Shown: in pieces, positions 21,667 to 31,913 of the stretch
Layout of the letters: each line of letters begins with the position of its first letter
Numbering within the stretch: the first letter of the stretch is position 1
Assembly (NCBI GenBank): GCA_963728945.1
Contig: CAVSMA010000002.1
Span: 674,723 to 738,722 of the forward strand
DNA: 64,000 nt
Source of the DNA: an uncultured Actinomycetota bacterium
GTDB taxonomy: Bacteria; Actinomycetota; Actinomycetes; Mycobacteriales; CADCTP01
Reading direction: 5' to 3'
Translations under genes and position numbers: made by a program
The notes under the pieces: model-generated
Told to the model about the DNA's origin: nothing
Seen by the model: only the letters and a program-made list of their open reading frames with translations
Databases searched by the model: none

Positions 21667-22523
21667 TCCCCCCGGAGTTCGACTACCTGCGGCCGCACTC
21701 GGTCGACGCGGCGGTCACCGAGCTCGGTCGGGCCGGTGAGGACGCGAAGGTGCTGGCCGGCGGGCAGAGCCTGCTGCCGCTGCTGCGGCTGCGGCTGGCA
21801 TATCCGACCGTGCTGGTCGACCTCGGCGGTGTCGGTGAGCTGCGCGGCGTCCGGCGGGACGGCGACGAGCTGGTGATCGGCTCGATGACCACCCACCACG
21901 AGGTGATGCACGACCCGCTGGTCGCCGAGCACTGCCCGCTGCTGGCCCAGGCCACCAGCACGGTGGCCGACCCGGCGGTACGGCACCGGGGCACCTTCGG
22001 CGGCGCGCTCTCGCACGCCGACCCGGCCGGCGACCTGCCGGCGGTGGCGGCCGCGCTGGACGCGACGTTCGTCATCGAGGGCCCGAACGGGCGCCGCTCG
22101 GTGCCGGCGGCCGAGTTCTTCTCCGACTACCTGGAGACGGCCGTGCAGCCCGGCGAGGTGCTGGTCGAGGTGCGGGTGCCGGTGCTCGGTCCCGGCTGGG
22201 GCAGCGCGTACGAGAAGTTCAACCGGGTCGCCCAGGCGTGGGCGGTCGTCGGCGTGGCCGCGCTGGTCCGCACCGAGGGCGGCTCGATCGCCGAGGCCAG
22301 GATCGGGCTGACCAACATGGGCCCGACCCCGGTCCGGGCCACCGCCTGCGAGCAGGCGCTCGCCGGCGTCTCCACCCGGAACGGCGGCATCGGCCAGGCC
22401 ACCGACCTGGCCGCCGACGGCACCGAGCCACCGTCCGACCTGTCCGCGCAGGCCGACTACCGGCAGCACCTGGCCAGGGTGCTGAGCCGGCGCGCGGTGC
22501 AGAAGGCGGTCGCCGCAACCTGA
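21663..22523 (+). CDS. coxM: molybdo-hydroxylase medium FAD-binding subunit (CoxM-type)
   Basis: GTG 21663 overlaps the coxL TGA. 286 aa. Motifs VLAGGQSLLPLLRLR, GTFGGALSHADP. Confidence 0.9.
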   Translation: MIPPEFDYLRPHSVDAAVTELGRAGEDAKVLAGGQSLLPLLRLRLAYPTVLVDLGGVGELRGVRRDGDELVIGSMTTHHEVMHDPLVAEHCPLLAQATSTVADPAVRHRGTFGGALSHADPAGDLPAVAAALDATFVIEGPNGRRSVPAAEFFSDYLETAVQPGEVLVEVRVPVLGPGWGSAYEKFNRVAQAWAVVGVAALVRTEGGSIAEARIGLTNMGPTPVRATACEQALAGVSTRNGGIGQATDLAADGTEPPSDLSAQADYRQHLARVLSRRAVQKAVAAT

Positions 22524-22624
22524 CCGCAGACAACCGCACGATCCGTGGCCGCCTCGAAACCGGGGCGGCCACGGCGCAGTATGGGTGGGTACCGGTGCCT
22601 CGGTACCCGGGCGAGGGAGGGCGA

Positions 22625-23536
22625 TTGGACGGGCGTGGTCTGCTGCCGGTCGGCGTGGAGTCACCGGCGGACCTGGTGGGCCGGCTCGCCGAGGTCGGCT
22701 ACCTGGCGGACGAGGGCCTGGCCACCGCCGCATACCTGGGGCTGCGGCTGCACCGGCCGCTGTTCTGCGAGGGTGAGGCCGGCGTCGGCAAGACCGAGCT
22801 CGCCAAGGCGCTGGCCAGCGTGCTCGACGCGCCGCTGATCCGGCTGCAGTGCTACGAGGGCATCGAGGCGTCCCAGGCGCTCTACGACTGGGACTTCCCC
22901 CGCCAGCTGCTGCACCTGCGGACGGCGGAGGCGGCGGCGGACTTCGACCCGACCGCGGTCGAGCAGGAGCTGTGGTCGCGCCGGTTCCTGGTCGCCCGGC
23001 CGCTGCTGCAGGCGCTGGAGACCAGCCCGTCGGTGCTGCTGGTGGACGAGGTCGACCGGGCCGACGACGAGTTCGAGGCGTTCCTGCTCGAGGTGCTGTC
23101 CGACTTCTCGGTCACCGTGCCGGAGCTGGGCACACTGCGGGCCGAGGTCCCGCCGGCCGTCGTCGTCACGTCAAACCGGACGCGCGACGTGCACGACGCG
23201 CTCAAGCGCCGCTGCTACTACCACTGGCTGGAGCACCCGGAGTTCGACCGCGAGGTCGCCATCGTCCGGCTGCGGGTGCCGGAGGCGTCGGCCCGGCTGT
23301 GCGCGGAGGTCACCGCGGCCGCCCACGCGCTGCGCGACGCCGACCTGCTCAAGCCGCCGGGGATCGCGGAGACCGTGGACTGGGCGCAGGCGCTGGCGGC
23401 CCTGGGCGCGCCCGGGCTCGACCCCGGGCTGGCGGCCGCCACCCTCGGCGCGGTGGTGAAGTATCGCGAGGACGTCGAGCGGGTGCGGTCCCTCGACGTC
23501 GGCGCCCTGCTCACCCGGGCGGTGATGGGCGCGTGA
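22625..23536 (+). CDS. coxD: MoxR-type AAA+ ATPase (CoxD-like maturation factor)
   Basis: The start is uncertain: TTG 22625 follows GAGGGAGGG, but the frame opens at 22238. Walker A GEAGVGKTE, Walker B LLVDEVDRA. Confidence 0.8.
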   Translation: MDGRGLLPVGVESPADLVGRLAEVGYLADEGLATAAYLGLRLHRPLFCEGEAGVGKTELAKALASVLDAPLIRLQCYEGIEASQALYDWDFPRQLLHLRTAEAAADFDPTAVEQELWSRRFLVARPLLQALETSPSVLLVDEVDRADDEFEAFLLEVLSDFSVTVPELGTLRAEVPPAVVVTSNRTRDVHDALKRRCYYHWLEHPEFDREVAIVRLRVPEASARLCAEVTAAAHALRDADLLKPPGIAETVDWAQALAALGAPGLDPGLAAATLGAVVKYREDVERVRSLDVGALLTRAVMGA

Positions 23537-24759
23537 GCGGCCCGGCCGGCGACCGGCCGGCGGCGCCCGCCGCCCGGCTGGTCTCGGCCGGTGCCGGCTC
23601 GGCCCCGACCGCCGGTCACGCCGACGGGGTCGGCGACCCGGTGCGGGTGATGGTGGGCCTCGGCCGGGCGCTCGACTCGGCCGGGTTGCGGGTCGGGCCG
23701 GACCGGGTCGCCGAGGCGGTCCGGGCGGCGGTGGCGCTCGACCCGACCCGGCGTACCGACCTCTACTGGGCCGGCCGGCTCACGCTCTGCGCCAACCCTG
23801 ACGACCTGCCCAAGTACGACGCGGTGTTCGCCGCGCTCACCGCCGGCGACGTGCCCCGGCTGCGGCCGCGCCCGCAGCACCTGGTCCGGGCCGTGCCGGT
23901 CACGCTGGCCGTCCCGGACGCCGGCGGCTCCGACGACGAGGAGACCGAGGCGGGCGCCGACACCGTGCTGCGGGCGGCGGCGAGCACGGTCGAGACGCTC
24001 CGGCACAAGGACGTGACCACGCTGGGTGCCGCCGAGCGGGCCCGGCTCGACCAGGCGCTGGCCGCGCTGTCGCTGCCCGGCGAGTCCCGCCCCTCCCGGC
24101 GCCGCCGGCCGTCGCCGCACCCCGGCGCCGTCGACCCCCGCCGAACCGTCCGGGCGCTGCTGCGCTCCGGCGGCGAGCCCGTCCGGCCGCGCTGGACCCG
24201 CCGGTCGGTCCGGCCCCGGCCGGTGGTGCTGCTGGTCGACGTCAGCGGCTCGATGAGCGGATACGCCGACGTGCTGCTGCGGTTCGCGCACGCGGCCACC
24301 CGCCGCCGCGGCGTCCGCACCGAGGTGTTCACCCTCGGCACCCGGCTGACCAGGGTGACCAGGGAGATGGCCGGGCCTGACCCGGAGCGGGCGATGGGTG
24401 CGGTCGCCGCCGCCGTGCCGGACTGGTCCGGCGGCACCCGGCTCGGCGTGCTGCTGCGGGAGTTCCTGGACCGCTGGGGCCAGCGCGGGGTGGCCCGCGG
24501 CGCGGTCGTCGTGATCATGTCCGACGGCTGGGAGCGGGACGACCCGGCGCTGCTCGGGGCACAGATGCGCAGGCTCGCGTTGTTGGCCCGCCGGGTGGTC
24601 TGGTGCAACCCGCGGGCCGGCCGGGCCGGCTTCGCACCGCTGGCCGGGGGCCTGGCCGCGGCATTGCCGTACGTGGACGACTTCGTCTCCGGGCACAGCC
24701 TGGCGGCGCTGGAACAGCTGGCGAGGATCGTCGCCGGGGTGGAGGTGCGCGGTGCGTGA
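23533..24759 (+). CDS. coxE: VWA-domain protein (CoxE-like)
   Basis: GTG 23533 overlaps the upstream TGA. 408 aa. MIDAS-type VVLLVDVSGSMSG. Confidence 0.8.
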   Translation: MSGPAGDRPAAPAARLVSAGAGSAPTAGHADGVGDPVRVMVGLGRALDSAGLRVGPDRVAEAVRAAVALDPTRRTDLYWAGRLTLCANPDDLPKYDAVFAALTAGDVPRLRPRPQHLVRAVPVTLAVPDAGGSDDEETEAGADTVLRAAASTVETLRHKDVTTLGAAERARLDQALAALSLPGESRPSRRRRPSPHPGAVDPRRTVRALLRSGGEPVRPRWTRRSVRPRPVVLLVDVSGSMSGYADVLLRFAHAATRRRGVRTEVFTLGTRLTRVTREMAGPDPERAMGAVAAAVPDWSGGTRLGVLLREFLDRWGQRGVARGAVVVIMSDGWERDDPALLGAQMRRLALLARRVVWCNPRAGRAGFAPLAGGLAAALPYVDDFVSGHSLAALEQLARIVAGVEVRGA

Positions 24760-25876
24760 CGTTCTCGGTTCGCTGCGGTCCTGGTATGACGCGGGGCAGC
24801 CGTTCGCGCTGGCTACGGTCGTCGGGACCTCGAAGAGCGCGCCCCGGGCGCCGGGCGCGGCGATGGCGGTCGAGCCGGGCGGCGAGGTGGCCGGCAGCGT
24901 CTCCGGCGGCTGCGTCGAGGGCGCGGTCTACGACCTGGCCCAGGACGTGCTCGGTGGCGAGCCGCCGGTGCTGCAGACCTACGGCTATTCCGACTCGGAC
25001 GCGTTCGCGGTCGGGCTGACCTGCGGTGGGTCGGTGTCGGTGTTCGTGCAGGCCGTCTCGGCCGCCGACCACCCGCAGGTCGGCGAGGTGCTCGCGTCGA
25101 TCGAGGCCGAGCAGCCGGTGGCACTGGCCACGGTGATCTCCGGGCTCGGGGACGTCGGCGCGCGGATGGCGGTCTGGCCGGACCGGGTCAGCGGCTCGCT
25201 CGGGGTCGAAGGGCTCGACGCCGCGGTCACCGACGACGCGCGCGGGATGCTCGCCCAGGGCGCCACCGGGCAGCGGCACTACGGCCCGGCCGGCGAGCGG
25301 CGCCGGGACGAGGTCACCGTGTTCGTCGAGGCGTACGCGCCGCCGCCGCGGATGCTGGTCTTCGGCGCGATCGACTTCGCCGCCGCGGTGGCCCGGATCG
25401 GCTCGTTCCTCGGCTACCGGGTGACCGTCTGCGACGCGCGCGCGGTGTTCGCCACCGCCCGCCGCTTCCCGGACGCCGACGAGGTGGTCGTCGAGTGGCC
25501 GCACCGCTACCTCGCCCACGAGCTCGCCCGCCAGCAGGTCGACGAGCGCACGGTGATCTGCGTGCTCACCCACGACCCGAAGTTCGACGTGCCGCTGCTG
25601 GAGGTCGCGCTGCGCACGCCGGCCTGGTACGTGGGTGCGATGGGCTCCCGCAACACGCACGAGGACCGGCTCGACCGGCTGCGCGAGGCCGGCATGACCG
25701 AGGCCGAGCTGGCCCGGCTGCGCTCGCCGATCGGGCTCGACCTCGGCGCCCGCACGCCGGAGGAGACCGCGGTGGCGGTGGCGGCGGAGATCGTCGCCGG
25801 CCGCTGGGGCGGCACCGGCGTGCCGCTCGGCCAGACCGAGGGCGCCATCCACCGGGCCGCGCGCGCCACCGCATGA
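24752..25876 (+). CDS. XdhC/CoxI-family molybdenum-cofactor insertion chaperone
   Basis: 374 aa. XdhC N-terminal region (FALATVVGTSKSAPRAPGA) and a Rossmann-like C-terminal region (MLVFGAIDFAAA). Overlaps the coxE-like gene by 8 nt. Confidence 0.8.
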   Translation: MRDVLGSLRSWYDAGQPFALATVVGTSKSAPRAPGAAMAVEPGGEVAGSVSGGCVEGAVYDLAQDVLGGEPPVLQTYGYSDSDAFAVGLTCGGSVSVFVQAVSAADHPQVGEVLASIEAEQPVALATVISGLGDVGARMAVWPDRVSGSLGVEGLDAAVTDDARGMLAQGATGQRHYGPAGERRRDEVTVFVEAYAPPPRMLVFGAIDFAAAVARIGSFLGYRVTVCDARAVFATARRFPDADEVVVEWPHRYLAHELARQQVDERTVICVLTHDPKFDVPLLEVALRTPAWYVGAMGSRNTHEDRLDRLREAGMTEAELARLRSPIGLDLGARTPEETAVAVAAEIVAGRWGGTGVPLGQTEGAIHRAARATA

Positions 25877-26466
25877 GGGTCGCCGGCCTGGTGCTCGCGG
25901 CCGGCGGTGGCAGCCGGTACGGGTCGCCGAAGGCGCTGGTCCAACTGCGCGGCCGGCTGCTGGTCGAGCGGGCGGCCGATCTGCTCGCCGCCGGTGGCTG
26001 CGACCCGGTCGTCGTCGTGCTCGGCGCCGCGGCGGACCAGGTGCTGGCGGCCGCGCGGCTGCCGCGGACCGGCGTGCGCACCGTGGTCAACCCGGACTGG
26101 CCGACCGGGATGGGCTCGTCGCTGCGGGTCGGTCTGGCGGCGGTGCCGGCCGAGGCCGAGGCCGTCGTGGTCACGCTCGTCGACACCCCCGGGCTCGGCC
26201 CGGAGTCGGTGCGCCGGCTGGTGGCCGGCGGCGGCCCGGACGGCGCCGCGCAGGCCACGTACGGGGGCCGGCGTGGCCACCCGGTGCTGCTCGGTCGTAC
26301 GGTGATCACCGAGGTGGCGGCCGCCGCGACCGGCGATCGCGGTGCCGGCCCGTGGTTGGCCGCCCACCCCGAGCGGGTGCGGCTCGTCCCGTGTGACGGC
26401 ACCGGCGACCCGCGAGACGTCGACGTGCCGGATGATCTCGCCGCAGTGGTGGCGGGGGAGGAGTAG
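25873..26466 (+). CDS. MobA/MocA-like nucleotidyltransferase (molybdenum-cofactor cytidylyltransferase type)
   Basis: ATG 25873 overlaps the upstream TGA. 197 aa. N-terminal LVLAAGGGSRYGSPK motif. Confidence 0.75.
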   Translation: MRVAGLVLAAGGGSRYGSPKALVQLRGRLLVERAADLLAAGGCDPVVVVLGAAADQVLAAARLPRTGVRTVVNPDWPTGMGSSLRVGLAAVPAEAEAVVVTLVDTPGLGPESVRRLVAGGGPDGAAQATYGGRRGHPVLLGRTVITEVAAAATGDRGAGPWLAAHPERVRLVPCDGTGDPRDVDVPDDLAAVVAGEE

Positions 26467-26468
26467 CT

Positions 26469-27221
26469 ATGCGCCTCGACCACGAGTTCACCGTTCCGGT
26501 GCCGGCCGCCCAGGCGTGGCCCGTGCTGCTGGACATCGACCGGATCGCGCCCTGCATGCCCGGCGCGACGATCACCAAGGTCGAGGGCGACGACTTCGAG
26601 GGCACGGTCAAGGTGAAGGTCGGCCCGATCACGGTCACCTACGGCGGGACCGCGAGCTTCCTGGAAAAGGACGAGGCGCAGCGGATCGCGGTGATCGAGG
26701 CGCGCGGCAAGGAGACCCGCGGCTCCGGCACGGCCAACGCCCGCATCACCGCGCAGCTGTTCGACAACGGCGACGACTCGACCAGGGTCGCGGTGGTCAC
26801 CGACCTGTCGATCACCGGCAAGCCGGCCCAGTTCGGCCGCGGGGTGATGAACGACATCGGCAACAAGCTGCTCGGCCAGTTCGCCGACTGCCTGGCCGGC
26901 GAGCTCGGCGGCACCTCGATGGCCGCGCCGGCGCCGGCGCCGGCCGGGGCGGAGCCGGCCTCGGCCGAGTCCGGCGTGCCCGCGCAGAGCCAGGCCGAGG
27001 CGGCCTCCGCCAACCCGGACAGCGCCAGCGCGACCGAGTCGAGCGCCGCGGCCGGGTCGCGCCCGGCGCCGGCTTCGGTGCTGGACGCGCCGCCGCGGGA
27101 GGCCGAGGCGATCGACCTGGTGAAGGCGGCCGGCGGCGCGGTGGCCAAGCGGGTGGGGCCGGTGATCGGGGCGCTCGCCCTGCTCGCGGTGCTGTTCGTG
27201 GTGCTGCGCCGGCGCCGGTGA
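26469..27221 (+). CDS. coxG: CoxG-like SRPBCC protein with a C-terminal membrane anchor
   Basis: 250 aa. The N-terminal ~150 aa are CoxG-like (KVKVGPITVTYGGTASF...GKPAQFGRGVM). An Ala/Pro-rich linker follows, then a terminal hydrophobic helix VIGALALLAVLFVVL. Confidence 0.8.
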   Translation: MRLDHEFTVPVPAAQAWPVLLDIDRIAPCMPGATITKVEGDDFEGTVKVKVGPITVTYGGTASFLEKDEAQRIAVIEARGKETRGSGTANARITAQLFDNGDDSTRVAVVTDLSITGKPAQFGRGVMNDIGNKLLGQFADCLAGELGGTSMAAPAPAPAGAEPASAESGVPAQSQAEAASANPDSASATESSAAAGSRPAPASVLDAPPREAEAIDLVKAAGGAVAKRVGPVIGALALLAVLFVVLRRRR

Positions 27222-27266
27222 GGCACCTGTCACATCCGTAACGTCGCGGTCGTCCGGCAGGTGCCT
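27221..27266 (+). terminator. possible stem-loop terminator after the cox cluster
   Basis: 9-bp stem AGGCACCTG / CAGGTGCCT (27221-27229 / 27258-27266) starts at the last base of the coxG stop. The loop is large (28 nt) and there is no U-tract. Confidence 0.3.
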
Positions 27267-27361
27267 GCTGGTGCCTGTCCCGGCTAGACTTTGGTCGTTC
27301 CTTGGGCCGACGTCGTCCCTGCGCGCACCACCACAGTTGCAGACGACGGGAGCCGCCCGTG

Positions 27362-30300
27362 ATGCCGTTCTCCGCGCTTCCGGCCGCCCAGGGCCTCTAC
27401 GACCCGCAGTCCGAGCGGGATGCCTGCGGCCTCGCCATGGTCGCCGACCTGCGCGGTCGTCCCACCCACGGCACGGTGACGCAGGCTCTGGCGGCCCTGC
27501 ACAACCTGCGCCACCGTGGCGCGGCCGGCGCCGAACCCAGCTCCGGCGACGGGTCCGGGCTGCTCATGCAGGTGCCCGACGCGTTCTACCGGGCGGTGGC
27601 GGGCGTCCGGTTGCCGGCGCCGGGGGAGTACGCGACCGGCATCGCGTTCGTGCCCACGGACGAGGGCGCGGCCGAGCGGGTGGCGCAGATCGCCGCGGAG
27701 CTCGCCGCCGAGGAGCGACTGTCGGTCCTCGGCTGGCGGGAGGTGCCGACCGACCCGACCGGCGTCGGCCCGACCGCGCGCTCGGTGATGCCCCGGTTCC
27801 GGCAGCCGTTCCTGGCCCCGACCACTCCGCTGACCGGTCCGCTCGACCTGGAGCGGCGCGCGTTCTGCCTGCGCAAGCGGCTGGAGCGGCGTACCGCCGC
27901 CGAAGGGTGTGCGGTCTACCTGCCCTCGCTGTCCGCCCGCACGGTGGTCTACAAGGGGATGCTCACCACCGACCAGCTGGTGACGTTCTTCCCTGACCTG
28001 CACGACGAGCGGACCGCGACCGCGATGGCGCTGGTGCACAGCCGGTTCTCGACCAACACGTTCCCGTCCTGGCCGCTGGCCCACCCGTTCCGCTACATCG
28101 CGCACAACGGCGAGATCAACACGATCAAGGGCAACCGCAACTGGATGCGGGCCCGGGAGGCGCTGCTGGAGACCGACGTCTTCGGCGAGCTTGCGGAGCC
28201 GAGGCGGCGACCTGTCCCGGCTGCTGCCCGTGTGCACCGACGGCGCGTCCGACTCGGCGTCCTTCGACGAGGTGCTCGAGCTGCTGCACCTGTCCGGCCG
28301 CAGCCTGCCGCACGCGGTGCTGATGATGATCCCGGAGGCGTGGGAGAACAACACCGAGATGGACCCGTGCCGGCGCGGGTTCTACGAGTTCCACGCCAGC
28401 CTGATGGAGCCGTGGGACGGCCCGGCCGGCGTCGCGTTCACCGACGGCACGCTGGTCGGAGCGGTGCTCGACCGCAACGGGCTGCGGCCGGCCCGGTGGT
28501 GGCGCACCGCCGACGACCGGGTGATCCTCGCCAGTGAGGCCGGCGTGCTCGACGTCGACCCGGCCGAGGTCGTGGCCAAGGGCCGGCTGCGGCCGGGCCG
28601 GATGTTCCTCGTCGACACCGCCGCCGGCCGGATCGTCGAGGACGACGAGATCAAGAACAAGCTGGCCGCGGCCGAGCCGTACCGGCACTGGGTGGCGGCC
28701 GGCATGGTCACGCTGGCCGAGCTGCCGCCCCGGGACTACCCGCACCCGCGGCACGAGGACACCCTGCGCCGGCAGCAGATCTTCGGCTACACCGAGGAGG
28801 AGCTGCGGGTGCTGCTGGAGCCGATGGCGGCCACCGGCGCCGAGGCCACCGGCTCGATGGGCACCGACACCCCGGTCGCCGTGCTCTCGCAGCGGCCGCG
28901 GCTGCTCTACGACTACTTCAGCCAGCTGTTCGCCCAGGTCACCAACCCGCCGCTGGACGCGATCAGGGAGGAGCTGGTGACCTCCCTGGCCTCCACGATC
29001 GGGCCGGACGTCAACCTGCTGGCCGAGGTGCCGGAGGCGGCGAACAAGATCGTGCTGCCGTTCCCGGTGCTGGCCAACGACGAGCTGGCCAAGGTCGCCG
29101 CCGGCACCCCGACCCTGCCCGCGGTCACCGTCCGGGGCCTGTACGAGGTGGACGGCGGCGGTGCCGCGCTGGCCCAGGCGATCACCAGGGTGCGGGCCGA
29201 GGTGGTCGCGGCGATCGAGGGCGGGGCCCGGATCGTGCTGCTCACCGACCGCGGCAGCGACGCGGCACACGCGCCGATCCCGTCGCTGCTGCTGACCGCG
29301 GCGGTGCACCACCACCTGGTCCGGGAGCGGCTGCGCACCAAGGTCGGCCTGGTCGTGGAGACCGGCGACTGCCGCGAGGTGCACCACGCCGCGCTGCTGA
29401 TCGGCTACGGCGCCGGCGCGATCAACCCCTACCTGGCGATGGAGACGGTCGAGCAGCTGTTCACCGCCGGCCGGCTGCCCGGGGTCGCCGACCCGGCCGC
29501 CGCGGCCCGCAACCTGGTCCGGGCGCTGGGCAAGGGCGTGCTCAAGGTGATGTCGAAGATGGGCATCTCCACGGTCGCCTCGTACACGGGTGCGCAGGTG
29601 TTCGAGGCGCTCGGGCTGAGCGAGCAGGTGGTCGACGACTACTTCACCGGCACCTCGTCCCGGCTCGGCGGGGTCGGGCTGGACGTGCTGGCCGAGGAGG
29701 TGGCGGTCCGGCACCGGCTCGCCTACCCGCGCAACCCGGCCGAGCGGGCGCATCGCGGCCTGGAGACCGGCGGCGAGTACCAGTGGCGGCGCGAGGGCGA
29801 GGTGCACCTGTTCAACCCGGAGACGGTGTTCCTGCTGCAGCACGCCACCCGGTCCCGGCGGTACGAGGTGTTCCGCCGCTACACCCAGCAGGTCGACGCG
29901 CTCTCGGCGGAGGCGGCGACGCTGCGCGGGCTGTTCCGGCTGCGCCGGGACGCCCGGCCGTCGATCCCGGTCGAGGAGGTCGAGCCGGTCTCGTCGATCG
30001 TGCGCCGGTTCTCCACCGGCGCCATGTCGTACGGGTCGATCTCGATCGAGGCGCACGAGACGCTGGCGGTCGCGATGAACACGCTCGGCGGCCGGTCCAA
30101 CTCCGGCGAGGGCGGCGAGGACCCCGACCGGCTGCGCGACCCGCTGCGGCGCTCCGCGGTCAAGCAGGTGGCCAGCGGCCGGTTCGGCGTGACCAGCGAC
30201 TACCTGGCCTCGGCCGACGACATCCAGATCAAGATGGCGCAGGGCGCGAAGCCGGGCGAGGGCGGCCAGCTGCCCGGCTCGAAGGTCTACCCGTGGATCG

Positions 30301-31904
30301 CGAAGACCCGGCACTCCACCCCTGGCGTCGGGCTGATCAGCCCGCCGCCGCACCACGACATCTACTCGATCGAGGATCTGGCCCAGCTGATCCACGACCT
30401 GAAGAACGCGAACTCCGAGGCCAGGGTGCACGTCAAGCTGGTCGCCGAGGTCGGCGTCGGCACGGTCGCGGCCGGCGTGTCCAAGGCGCACGCCGACGTC
30501 GTGCTCATCTCCGGGCACGACGGCGGCACCGGCGCGGCCCCGCTGACCTCGCTCAAGCACGCCGGCATGCCGTGGGAGCTCGGGCTGGCCGAGGCGCAGC
30601 AGACGCTGCTGCTCAACGGTCTGCGGGACCGGATCACCGTGCAGGTCGACGGGCAGATGAAGACCGGCCGGGACGTCGTGGTGGCCGCGCTGCTCGGCGC
30701 CGAGGAGTACGGTTTCGCGACCGCGCCGCTGGTCGTCTCCGGCTGCGTGATGATGCGGGTCTGTCACCTGGACACGTGTCCGGTCGGCGTGGCGACCCAG
30801 AACCCGGAGCTGCGCAAGCGTTTCACCGGCAAGCCCGAGTTCGTGGTGACGTTCTTCGAGTACGTCGCCGAGGAGGTCCGCGAGCTGCTGGCCGAGTTGG
30901 GTTTCCGGTCGCTGGACGAGGCCATCGGGCACGCCGAGCTGCTGGACACCGCGCCGGCCGTCGACCACTGGAAGGCGGCCGGGCTCGACCTTGCCCCGCT
31001 GCTGGAGGTGCCGCGGCTGCCGGCCGGCGCGGCCCGGCGGCGGATGCGCGGTCAGGAGCACGGGCTGGACGAGGCGCTGGACAACACGCTGATCCAGCTC
31101 TGCGAGGGCGCGCTGATGGACGCCTCGCCGGTGACGCTGGAGCTGCCGGTCCGCAACGTGAACCGGACCGTCGGCACGATGCTCGGCTCGCTGGTCACCC
31201 GGCGGTTCGGGGCGGCCGGGCTGCCGGACGACACGATCGACCTCACCTTCACCGGCTCGGCCGGCCAGTCGTTCGGAGCGTTCCTGCCCCGCGGCATCAC
31301 GCTGCGGCTGCACGGCGACGCCAACGACCACGTCGGCAAGGGCCTCTCCGGCGGCCGGATCGTGGTCCGGCCCGACCCGGCGGCACCGTTCGTGGCGGAG
31401 CACAACGTGGTCGCCGGCAACGTGCTGGCGTACGGGGCGACGTCCGGGGAGCTGTTCGTGCGCGGCGTCGTGGGGGAGCGGTTCTGCGTCCGCAACTCCG
31501 GGGCGACCGCGGTCGTCGAGGGCGTCGGCGACCACGCCTGCGAGTACATGACCGGCGGGCAGGTGGTGATCCTCGGCGGGCACGGGCGCAACCTGGCGGC
31601 CGGCATGTCCGGCGGGCTGGCGTACGTGCTGGACCTCGACCCGCGGCGGGTCAACCCGGCGATGGTCGACCTCGAGCCGGTGTCCGCCGACGACGCCGAC
31701 CGGCTGCGGGAGACGGTGGCCCGGCACGCGCAGCTGACCGGGTCCACGGTGGCGGAGCGGCTGCTGGCCGACTGGGACGGCGCGCTGTGCCGGTTCACCG
31801 CGGTCGTGCCGCGCGACTACAAGCGGGTGCTGGAGGCGACCCGGCGGGCCGAGCAGGACGGGCGGCCGGTCGACGAGGCGATCATGGAGGCGGCGCGGGG
31901 GTAG
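27362..31904 (+). pseudogene. gltB: glutamate synthase large subunit, interrupted by a single +1 frameshift at ~28187-28208 (assembly indel or real)
   Basis: The N-terminal amidotransferase domain (CGLAMVADL...[18 protein letters not shown]...NGEINT) is in frame 2. The rest ([15 protein letters not shown]..., FMN and GXGXG domains) is in frame 0 up to 31904. Total length is 4543 nt = 3n+1. Confidence 0.9.
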
Positions 31905-31913
31905 CGGCTGCGG

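Noticed and set aside
27228-27245. GTCACATCCGTAAC upstream of gltB, considered as a GlnR box (gTnAc-n6-GaAAc).
   Set aside because: The half-site spacing does not fit: it is n4 to GTAAC, or AACGT at the n6 position. Only one half-site pair is present.
28125-31727. 1200-aa ORF on the minus strand antisense to gltB. Similar giant antisense ORFs occur at 41252-44161 (opposite polA), 19099-21513 (opposite coxL) and 50596-52971 (opposite AftD-like 1).
   Set aside because: These are typical high-G+C shadow ORFs. They are Arg/Pro/Gly/Ala-rich low-complexity text with poor third-position GC, and each is fully overlapped by a strongly motif-supported gene on the other strand.
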